From contig CM120644.1 of NCBI GenBank assembly GCA_051362555.1, positions 12,112,567 to 12,176,566 of the forward strand: 64,000 nt of DNA, read 5' to 3'. The DNA comes from Lingula anatina. Taxonomy: Eukaryota > Animalia > Brachiopoda. The notes below the pieces were generated by a model. It was not told the origin of the DNA. It did no database searches and worked only from the letters and a program-made list of their open reading frames with translations. The position numbers were made by a program, and so were the translations under genes. Positions 26,616 to 38,670 of this stretch are shown here, piece by piece (positions within the stretch are counted from its first letter, which is position 1; every line of letters begins with the position of its first letter).

Positions 26616-29600
26616 ATTACCAAAGAGTAAGGCAAAAAACCAAAATTATTATTATTATTATCCCTTTATTATTCATTTGTCTTATTATTATTTTCCTTAT
26701 TTATCTCTTTTTATTTTTGGAGGGTGGGGGGAGTGGCCTGAAATTGCTCAAATTTTTTTGCCAGGCTTATGGTATATCCAGTGTAAATGCGCAAAAAAAA
26801 AAGGAACCATTTCAAACAAGCTTTCCCATATTCATTAAACTGTTCCTCAATTTCCTTTGTCTTTAAGAAATATTCTATTATTAAAGTCACGATATATAAC
26901 AAACACAAACGCTTAAAAACCTTGGTTATAATCGCCTGCATTTGCCACAGGGGAAATAGTACATCAGTGGAGGACTGGTACTTAGAGTATTCACATACCT
27001 ATATGTTATATATGTCAATAATGTATCAGGGTACACAATCACTGCTCCTCAGCTCATTGCTGTTAAAAATCATAATTACGTCCATTATTACTCTAAATAC
27101 TTATGGGCTAATTTGCACATGCACAAACCATGTATATCTGATTTGAGCACCAAGGGAGAAGAAAACTCTAAGCAAAAATTTAAGCTACTTGCAAGCTGTT
27201 GTCACAAATTTGCTACAAATTTGCAAGAAGGAATTTACCATGCAATTGACATACTGATTTAAATTTGAAAGGCTTTGAAGGCTTCTTGCAAACTTGCTGC
27301 AAATTTGAAATGCTCTTGCAAATCTTGCAAAAACCTGCAAACACTCTCTTGCAAACTGTTTAGTTTGCAGCAAATTTGCAGCAAATTAAATCATTTTTGT
27401 TCCTTGGCAGAACACTTTATTCCTATCATTTCAGAAATGTTTTCAAACCTGCTTCAGGTGAAAAAATGTGGATACCTTAAGAAAAAACTTACTTCCAGCA
27501 TTTTTATTACGACTAACATTTCAGCAAATGCTTATTACAAACCGAACAACACAACATAATTATAACAAATGATGCAAGACCTCCACTTATTACAACACAG
27601 GATAATCAATGTTAACGACTTGTGCCATTTATGCTGCTCAGGCAACCATACAAAGACATACGACTGAATAGAGCATGCAGACAAATTGTAAATTCTTCCT
27701 ACTGGAAAGAGGCCATTCCAAAGAAGATCAAGAGTGGGCGGTTAAGGATATGTGCCCTTTTCCTTACCTCCGAGTCCATTGACCAGCCCACCCACCACTC
27801 CCAACCCCCCAAAAACAATAAAAAACACTTTTCAGACTACTTTTCCCTTCATACTAAGTATATTCCTTAAGTTTGATATAAAATGAAAGTGTCAAGTATC
27901 AGACAGTGGTGAATAGCTGACTTTAAGATGCATGCATGGTGCAACTCCAGTTACCTTAACGGGCAACCTAAGACTTGACGAGGCGTGGTAGCTAAAGCAA
28001 CTAGAGGATCAGAGAGGCGATACCGCCTCCGAATATTGTACCACCAGCTGGAGCAAGCGCATTCGTATAAACCCCCACATACACAAAATAAGGGACATAG
28101 CCACCAGTCTTGTGCTTGACAAGCTGTAAAAATGCAATCAACAAGAATTTTCAAAATATGCAAAAAACATATATGACTAAAAATGGTACAATCAAAGTTA
28201 AGTTTATCGTAAGGTAGGTCAAAGGTCAATTTCAAGGTCACAGTAAATTGCCAGTATATGAATTCTTATTCAACTTCAATAGTAACTATGGATCTATCTC
28301 TGCCAGATTTGGAGATAAAAGGGAACCAAAATTTGCAAAGTTCACTTCATGGTGAAAAGTAGGTCAAAGGTCAATTTCAAGGTCACATTTAGATTGCCAA
28401 TATATGACTTCCTATTCAAGTGCAATAGTAACTATGGACCTATCTCTGCCAGTTTTGGAGATAAAAGGGAAGCAAAATTTGCAAAGTTCAGTTCATGGTG
28501 AAAAGTAGGTCAAAGGTCAATTTTAAGGTCACAGTAAGATTGCCAGTATATGACTTCCTATTCAACTTCAATAGTAACTATGGACCTATCTCTGCCAGTT
28601 TTGGAGATATAAGGGACTAAATGTTATAATTTTGGAGTTACCATAATGTGCCATAAATTTCCTACAGAAGAAATTAATTAAAATAAAGAAAAGGTCATTT
28701 TGGTCAAAATTCTTGAAATGGGGGTGCTCTGAAGTTCCAGATGTTCAAATTTGATGAAATAATGTCATTTTTGACCACAAGTTGTCTGCTTTGCCAAGCC
28801 TTATGTTTTATTTTTCCGGAGTTCAAAATTTATTATCCATTACCGTACTGCACATTTTGCTTTCACCACCAATATGTACTTTTTGATACAGCATAACTTT
28901 GGAGATAAAAGGGAAGCAAAATTTGCAAAGTTCAGTTCATGGTGAAAAGTAGGTCAAAGGTCAATTTCAAGGTCACATTTAGATTGCCAATATATGACTT
29001 CCTATTCAAGTTCAATAGTAACTATGGACCTATCTCTGCCAGTTTTGGAGATAAAAGGGAACCAAAATTTGCAAAGTTCACTTCATGGTGAAAAGTAGGT
29101 CAAAGGTCAATTTCAAGGTCACATTTAGATTGCCAGTATATGACTTCCTATTCATGTTCAATAGCAACTATGGACCTATCTCTGCCAGTTTTGTTGATAA
29201 AAGGGAAGCAAAATTTGCAAAGTTCAGTTCATGGTGAAAAGTAGGTCAAAGGTCAATTTCAGGGTCACATTTAGATTGCCAGTATATGACTTCCTATTCA
29301 ACTTCAATAGTAACTATGGACCTATCTCTGCCAGTTTTGGAGATAAAAGGGAAGCAAAATTTGCAAAGTTCAGTTCATGGTGAAAAGTAGGTCAAAGGTC
29401 AATTTTAAGGTCACATTAAGATTGCCAGTATATGACTTCCTATTCAACTTCAATAGTAACTATGGACCTATCTCTGCCAGTTTTGGAGATAAAAGGGAAC
29501 CAAAATTTGCAAAGTTCACTTCATGGTGAAAAGTAGGTCAAAGGTCAATTTCAAGGTCACATTTAGATTGCCAGTATATGACTTCCTATTCAACTTCAAT

Positions 29601-32600
29601 AGTAACTATGGACCTATCTCTGCCAGTTTTGGAAATAAAAGGGAACCAAAATTTGCAAAGTTCAGTTCATGGTGAAAAGTAGGTCAAAGGTCAATTTCAA
29701 GGTCACATTTAGATTGCCAGTATATGACTTCCTATGCAAGTTCAATAGTAACTATGGACCTATCTCTGCCAGTTTTGGAGATAAAAGGGAACCAAAATTT
29801 GCAAAGTTCAGTTCATGGTGAAAAGTAGGTCAAAGGTCAATTTTGAGGTCACATTTAGATTGCCAGTATATGACTTCCTATTCAACTTCAATAGTAAATA
29901 TGGACCTATCTCTGCCAGTTTTGGAGATAAAGGGGAAGCAAAATTTGCAAAGTTCAGTTCATGGTGAAAAGTAGGTCAAAGGTCAATTTTAAGGTCACAT
30001 TTAGATTGCCAGTATATGACTTCCTAATCAACTTCAATAGTAACTATGGACCTATCTCTGCCAGTTTTGGAGATATAAGGGACTAAATGTTATAATTTTG
30101 GAGTTACCATAATGTGCCATAAATTTCGTACAGAAAAAATTAATTAAAATAAAGAAAAGGTCATTTTGGTCAAAATTCTTGAAATGGGAGGTGCTCTGAA
30201 GTTCCAGATGTTCAAATTTGATGAAATAATGTCATTTTTGACCACAAGTTGTCTGCTTTGCCAAGCCTTATGTTTTATTTTTCCGGAGTTCAAAATTTAT
30301 TATCCATTACCGTACTGCACATTTTGCTTTCACCACCAATATGTACTTTTTGATACAGTGTAACTCGAAAACCGTATGGAATACAAAAAAACCGAGACCA
30401 CCTCCAGTGTTGGGCTTTACATGCTCTACAAAATGCAAAAAAGAATGGGTCTCTAGCATTAACGGTTCCCGAATTAGAGACAGTTTTCAGTTTCGGTATC
30501 TTATGGCCGCTACTCCCGTGAAAATGCACCGATTGACCCCAAATTCACGGAGATGAAAGATGACCTGAAGGGTAACACTTTCCAATAATATTATTGGTTA
30601 AGTCTGTGTGGTGTCTGAATAACAGGGCAAATAATTATTTTTTCGTAAAAAAATTCATTTTTTTGAAAATTTTGGCCCGTTTGACCTTGAAATAAAGGTC
30701 AAAGGTCAAATCCAAGGGCATATTTGAAATCTACACATATGACTTTTGGAAAGCCGTCTGTAGAAATTTTTCCCATAATTCCTTCCGTAGGGTAGATAAT
30801 TAGCATTTAATTTTGCCATTTTTAGACAAGGGTGCATTGTAATGAGTGCCACACCTAGACCCCAAAACTGACAAAGCCCCAATTTTACGTGGAACGAGTT
30901 GAGATTATAGGTGACCTAAATCCAAGAGATGGGTACAGGGGCCCTTACCGTCTAGGAGGAGAAGCGGTAACGGTAGCCGTCCGGCGGAGCCGGCGGAGCC
31001 GGCGGAGCCGGCGGAACGATCCGGACGGGACTAAAACCATGTGTACCGCCAGCGCTAACGCTGGTGGTACAATTAATGCAAGCGAATACCAAAGGGAAGG
31101 CTATATGAAGTAAAAGAACAAATACAAAACATCAGCGCATGCAGTCTTATTTGGAATTGAGCTGCATAAATAGACCCAGTTTTTTCTCCTTTTTTTGTTA
31201 TTTTCACTCTTATTTTGTATCTCTTTGATTAGTGTGTAATTGAGCAGTCATTTGGTCAATGAAGCAGCTTCATTTCTGCTTCCCTAACTTATTACTTAAT
31301 GCTGCATTTGATACTACATTGTATCTCTGTAAGTCGGAATGTTTTCCTATTGTAACGGTTCTTTTGTGAGCAACCTCGTGAAATACCATGTCACCGTGTC
31401 CCCAAAAGTATGCACGTTACAACTCCTACGCCTGAACAACCCATTAAAGTGTTGTATTTCTAGTGTAATTTTTGTATAGTTCTCATCATATTACTGCTTT
31501 TAAAGGTACCTTTTGTCAGCTGCCTCTATCTTCCGCAAATGCACTGTACGTGAAATTCTGCTCTGTCTGCCATCACCTTCCGTCAGCCAGGCAGCTCCCT
31601 CCGCTCTTCAGTTCCATCTCTTCCTCTGCTCGCTGCAATCTGACTCGCCAAACCCCAGCTTCCTATGCATATAGACTTAGCTGTCTGATTGCTCACAATC
31701 AAATCTCATTAATTAAACTGAATGCAAGTCCGTACAGTTGATCCGGGGGGAAACTATAGCTCGGCTAGCACTGTGTGCTATTATATTGATCTTATGGAAC
31801 ATCAGCTTATATATGGCACTGAGATCTGGTGGGTGCATATCCACACAAACCCAGCCCAGCTTAGTCTGGCATGCAAGGGGAAATACACTGTTCTTGTCAA
31901 TGGCAGCCAATGAATATACATTATAAGTTTGGTAACAAATATGACTACCATGCATTTTTTTAGCATTTTACAGGCATCCCCTATTTTCTTTTCACTGAAA
32001 CATTTTGAGAATTTTAGTAAAACTTATAGCAGCTTATATACAGAGAATATACACGTACACTGGACATGGGTCATCAAACCAATTGATTTTTGATTGTGCA
32101 TACATTATTATTCACCCACAATAAAAAATAATTTATTCTGTTCAGAGAAAATTTGCTAGTTTTATCATTCCTTAGCCTATTTGTTAGTAATAAAATAAGA
32201 AAGATTCTCTATGGCCATGAACAAATAGAAAGTGAAGTGTATAATCTTCTTCATGTTTGCTAACACGACTTGATGACCTTATACCCCCCCCCACCCACTC
32301 CATCCAACAAAAAAGCCTCACTTTCGTCATCCATGTGCAGATTCTAAGAATATCACTGCAAAAACTGTTCACCTGCTGACGGGGTTTAAGACCCAACTTT
32401 CAGTTAATGTAGTTCTTGTGTGAACACTACAAAACTTATTACACCCAGTCTGCAAAATGGACTCATTTACTTTGGTCATTAATTTATATGGGAAGCTTTT
32501 TTCCAATAGATGTCAAATACTGCCAGGGCATAATGTGGCTGGGAAAATCTGAGAGAAAAAGAGAAAATCAATACGGTTTACGAGTGCTATCACGGGAAGG

Positions 32601-33746
32601 ACAGGTGGCCATTGCTGGGAAACCTAGAATCATGGAAATTGGTGCATCTGGACTCTTCCAATTTAGAATGGACTGGTCCTGCTTATCTGGAAAGGTGTTG
32701 AATGGGACAATCTTTTGTCATGACAAGAAAAAGAAAATTGCCAACTTGAAGGTTGCCAGGGCTAGTGCAGTATGATTCAAATTAGAGACAAAAGATGAGA
32801 TCAGAAGAGGCCTAAGTAGTTTTATTTTGTATTTTTCTTTTTTTTTCTAAAAATATGGATCTAGGGTCCTTGTAACCTTTTCCTAACGTCATCTGTTCCT
32901 TTAATTTTGAGGCCAAGGAAACAATCTCTCATATGTCATTTTACTAAGTATATATATCCACCATTTACTTATTGTGGAATTGGCATTGCCGTCATTAATC
33001 TTTTTTTTTTTTTTTTTTTTTTTTTTGGGGGGGGGGGGAGCTAAATTTCACATGCATGACAATACTGATCTACCCAAGTTATCAATTTGACCATATCTGT
33101 CCTCCATCACTTAAAACCCGTAACCCTCCATATCAAACTACCAGTACCACCAAAGATGCATCTCAAGTAATGATAGGCACTTCCAATTTTAAATAATTAT
33201 TCTTCTTAGCTCACTGACATAAGAAGGCTAATTCTACCCCTTAACCTTATTTTTGTTTTTACGCATCATGGAAAATACAGCAATTTAACTAAGATATCAC
33301 AATAGATGAACAAAGATATCTACAATTGCAGGAAATGCATTACTAAGTCTTCATCACTTTGTTGAAAGGCTTCTGTTTTCTTTCTCATGGTCACTGATTA
33401 CAATACACTCCAAGGAAACGTAATCTTGGTATTTTTCAACATACAGTAAATTCAACACATATCTCTATAAAGTACCTTTTAGCATAGCATGTTGATTTGA
33501 CAATAACTGGTAGTATTTTGAATTGTTACAGACCTCATGGAAATTCCTTTCAAATGCTTTTGTCTCCATTATCAAGAATTATTTGTTAAATAATTGAGAG
33601 CAGCTAATATATTCAGTCTTTAATCACGGGGTGGTTATATTATACTTTCAACCTTAACTGACTGGGTCTTAAAATCAATACAGCGAGACACTTTGATCAT
33701 GTACTGAGTCATATCCTTTTATTTTCTCCTCTGGCGCTGAGCACAG

Positions 33747-33790
<44 letters not shown>

Positions 33791-34539
33791 TCTGGATATT
33801 GGATAGCTTAAGGGAAAATGTAGAAATTTTCAAGTAAATTAATATCTTGCCATGCAGGTCCAAAGCACATTTATGCTTCTATAAAGACAATTAGCTAAGT
33901 TCAACTTTTTCAGAAATAAAATAATCACCCACCACAAAAGAAGATAATTACAGCCTATTTATTTCTTGACATTGTTCGTCTACTTTATACTGTGCTTCTG
34001 ATAACAATTAGTTATAATAGGCTCTCAAATATCCTTTCTAAATGCAAACCACTTTCTCTTCAAAATGAAAAAAATAATGAGTCTGCACCATCTCGGATGC
34101 CAAACACAATATCAAAACAGCGCATTAAGTTTCTGTCGAGATGGGTATCGATTCTGCCCATCCTACTGCATTACCTCATCATGCCTGTCACAGTTGCTAG
34201 GCAACAAAAGAAAAAGAAAAGATGGCATCTTAGCAGAAATGTCTATAGCTTGTATAATTTCTGAAGGGTGGTATGCATGCAGTTCGATTATTACTCACAA
34301 GCCAGGGATACGCCTTTTATTCTTCGTCTCTCTCAACATGACTGTACTTACATGTACATAGTTGTCTTTTCAATTATTCAAATATAACCTGACAGCTCAA
34401 CAAAAAACAGCATGTTTCATCTAACAATGTCCAAAACTTCTGACAATAATATGATTGATTCTCTGCATACAAAATGTGTTTAGCATACTCATACACTGTA
34501 GCATATTTCTAGAAATCATATTGATAGGGACTGTTCAAC

Positions 34540-34571
<32 letters not shown>

Positions 34572-34825
34572 CAAAAGTGTAAAGTCAAGCACAAAATGTT
34601 GATATAACCAAACTAAGGTCATATTAAGTTACTACGTGACATTGGCAACCACTTTTTGAGGATTTAAGAAAAAAATAATAATTTAAAAATTGTTGTCATA
34701 TCTACCGTACATAACCTGTAACACACAAAAAAACCAAGCAAGTTTTGGTGTTTGTAGGCAGATATTTCAGATCATGAGGACCAAGTCTCAGCCCTGGCTC
34801 TAAATAAGACATGAATTCTTTTAAC

Positions 34826-34869
<44 letters not shown>

Positions 34870-36358
34870 GAGGAAATTGTTAAGGGAAAAGGGAGAGGGA
34901 TATCAACTCACCCACTTTACTGGCTACCTTGTAAGCAGATATGTTTTGCTTTGGGTCCACATAGAATGTTATGAAGTTCTTTCCAAGCCTGTAAATAAAA
35001 TATAGAGATGACAACATAATAGACTTTGAACAATTTCACAACTCAATTTTTATTACATCTGCCTTCAGAATTTCATACTTTTTTTATTTATCTATTTATT
35101 TATTTTTGTAAAAAAATAAAAGGTATACATTGTCAACAGTATGGAACACTGCGTTCAAATTTTCAGGTTTTGCTGATAGCCTTGTCTGCTGTTATCTAGG
35201 ATTTTCATCAACTTTGTCACCATCAATGTCAAGACCGAATTCCCAACATCTTCTCTTTATTTTGAACAATCTTCTTGGGACTCTCGCTGAATAAAATCAG
35301 ATTAACATGTCTCCTTTTGGAGTTAAGTAAATTCAGAAAAGCTGCTAATTATACAAATATGTTCGAAACAAGAGAGGGGATGTTAAACTGTCAATCTCAT
35401 TTCATTCAGTGAAGGTCTCTGAAGAATGTGGATCATCTGCGTAGAATGATATATGACAGTTTCATCGGGAATGAGTACCAAATCTTTTTTTATATGTGTA
35501 TATATTGGATGAGATGACCTTCAGATCTGCAATAATCAAGATCTTGACATTTGACAAACTTTCAAAGAAATAAGTCCATTAAAGCATATTAAATTAACTC
35601 TAAGATAAAATAATATATCGTATCACTCCCAAGAAAATGTTTCAGGAGGCATAGGAACTAAATATCTTTTGTCTTAAAGACCTACTTAAATAATCTAGCT
35701 CCTCAGATGGCAAATTTGTTCCCATGCTGACGTAAAACAAGTTGTTCTTAGATTTTTTGATGTAATACGACATCTTTTAACTGGTTGAAAACAACCATGC
35801 AAATTAAGTCAGGACTAGTGGAAGAATGAAATAAATTACAAAAAGCAACCTTTTTTAGATATGTTTACATTGACTTTTTGTCAATTAAAAACAGCAATGT
35901 TTATCCATTTTACATCTGTTCATCTTTACAGGGTACATTTCAATACAAGAAAAATGTACATGTGTAAATTGAAATTGTTGCTTTTGTTATTCATCATTTG
36001 TTATCCAAATTCCACGTACACCCAGAAAACATTATAGACAATAATGCACGGAACAAGCACATGCAATATTGACCAATATAAATCTCAGATCCTTTTTGCT
36101 ACTGTTAAATCCCTAAGCTACACACAGATTGTGTGAAATGTCCGTTTACTCGGATTAGCACCATTCTCCATGCTGAGGATATTCTCTGACAGCAAGCTAC
36201 ATGTAGTAGCCACAATTGTCCATGGTACTAAGAAGTGCGTGTTTATGTGTGTGTGCGTGCATATCCTCAAGGGTCAGTTTTACAATAGAAATTTATATCA
36301 AGAGCAGGTCTAAAAGAACACAAAATACTTCCATTTTGACCTGCTAGTTATTTCAAAG

Positions 36359-36389
<31 letters not shown>

Positions 36390-36507
36390 GGGATCTGGAC
36401 CTTTTTCACCCTTTCAGTTGACCCATCTTTAGGAATGACATTGAATCTCAATCAAATATTTGATTCAGAGCAGACCTTTTACATCCAAAAGAGTGGTAAA
36501 TTCCTCC

Positions 36508-36539
<32 letters not shown>

Positions 36540-38627
36540 GTTTATATTAGTGCAGAGAGCATCTCCAATAATGGATAACATGATATAAAAGTACACATCC
36601 CACTTCAACATAACAGCCCTTTGCATTTCCAGAGACTTCCAATGTCGGATACACACTTAAATTGATGGGATAGTTTAGCTGCCATTATGTGTATACATCA
36701 TGGCTTCCTGTTTCTCTTTCATAGTTTAAAGCATGACATGGTTCTCCTTGTGTTTAAAGTGCAAACACATTTGTTTGCAACTTTGTGTGTTTTGCAAGTT
36801 AAAATTAAAAATATTTTCAATCTGGGGGAGATCTCAGATAATATTTCAAAGATTCAACTGGCAAGATTCTGGGCATGTCAACATTAATGTGATCAATTGC
36901 CATTCACTTATAAAAATTTTAAACAAACTTTTTCTCTTCTTCCTTCTTTCTTTCAGCTTTTTCCTCCATTATCCTTTTCCTTCTGAAACATTTAATATTC
37001 TACTCAATAAAAGAGAAATACAATCTATTCAGGAATCACTTATCTCTATCAGTGATCTAAATTCTTTTCACACTTATCTCGGATTGAAAAGAGTAATCTA
37101 ATTTTTTTATTCCCTGCCTGCATTATATTTGATGTAATATTGGGCTTGGAAGGAAAAAAGGCACCAGCCAGCCCATGTTGATGTAGAGAAACCATGAATA
37201 TTCAAAAATCACTGTTTCTGTATTGGGCTTCAATGAGCAGAATATTATACTAATCTGCAACATTACCCATCAGCCTAAGGCAATCACCATAAAGACTTGA
37301 TCTCGGAATAAAAATTATAGATTATTCAAGTGGCTGGGCAGGTTGAATTTGTGGAAATTTTAGTACTAGTAATTGTACTCATCTTCCATACATGTACATA
37401 TTAGTCTATATAGATTACACCTTCGGACTGGTTTACTTTTATTGGGATTAACAGTTCCAGGGGTAGCCCCAGCAAAATTTTTTGCTTTGCCAAATGACAA
37501 CTTTTGCATCCCTTTTTATCTCTAACTGGTTTAAATTTGACCAAAATGAGTCAAATCAACCCCATTTTGTTTAACCATGCAGTTAAAGTCAGTTTTAGCA
37601 ATTGGCTAAATTGACAAGTGCTAGGGCTACCCCAGAATTCTACTAAGACTGTATTCAGAACAGTGGACTAACTAGTCCGAGGTTCAAATATGGCAGACCC
37701 ACTTGAATACTTCCCCACGCGGGAATCTATTCAGTGTGTATTAGCAGATTAGACGGCCTCAGCCTAGTTTGTCCACTGTAACTGAATGTGGCCTAAGACA
37801 ACTAGAGTATCAATGATGACCAGTGTTCATAAAGATAACAGTAGAGACTGATATACTGGTCTCAGTCTTTTTTATTCACTAATAATAATAATAATAATAA
37901 TAATAATGATAAATAATAATAATAATAATAATAATAATAATTCAGTAAATTGTTTTAAAACACTTCAATAGGTTAAAGGAACTAAAAAATTAAAAAAGAC
38001 AGTAATTTATGGCAGATTTCTTAAAACGCTGATGATATGTCCTAGATCCTTTACTGATAAGGGCATCAGTAAGAACACATGCACTTCACATTGTCATGTC
38101 AAATTCAATCAAAAATTAAAAAAGAAGCCAAATTACTTCCCCTTCATAAGAAAATAATATTAAAAATAATACAAATTTCATAAATATCTTATTGCAAAAG
38201 AAATGAGATTTCTCAAATTTTCTGGGTAATGATGACATTGTTGTCCTGAAAATGAAAACATCTTTGATTATTTCTAATATCACAGTTTCATAATCTTAAC
38301 AGAAAATTACGCGTTACTTCATCATGCCTGCCATTTCGAATGTTACAGGATATCCGTTAGGCTCCCCAAACTTGGATTTTAGGTGAAATTTTCACAAAAG
38401 TCAATAAAATTTTGATTTAAGATTTGAGCAACTTTCATAATGAAAGAGAAACTGTGCCAGAAATTCTATCCTTGCACTTTGACTTTCTTCCATCCCACCT
38501 CTTGCAAACTTAACATTATACTTAATGAAAAACGTTTCTAAACATACTAAACATTTCTAAGCAGTCAACAAATTTGGTTACTTTTGATGCATTCTCTTCA
38601 TTCTTAGGTGCCATATCCTCTTGAAAA

Positions 38628-38670
<43 letters not shown>

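Noticed and set aside
28211-30075. Regular repeat arrays considered as CRISPR
   Set aside because: Units are full-length tandem copies without unique spacers, the context is eukaryotic, and no cas genes are present.
31480-31700. Purine-rich (minus strand) stretch resembling an alternative first exon
   Set aside because: Its ATGs lead to early stops, the donor is weak and no frame-compatible junction was found; there is not enough support.
35150-35290. Exon-like segment after a ttttattcAG acceptor
   Set aside because: There is a stop in the frame required by the phase-2 intron and no good donor; the SEA domain is complete without it.
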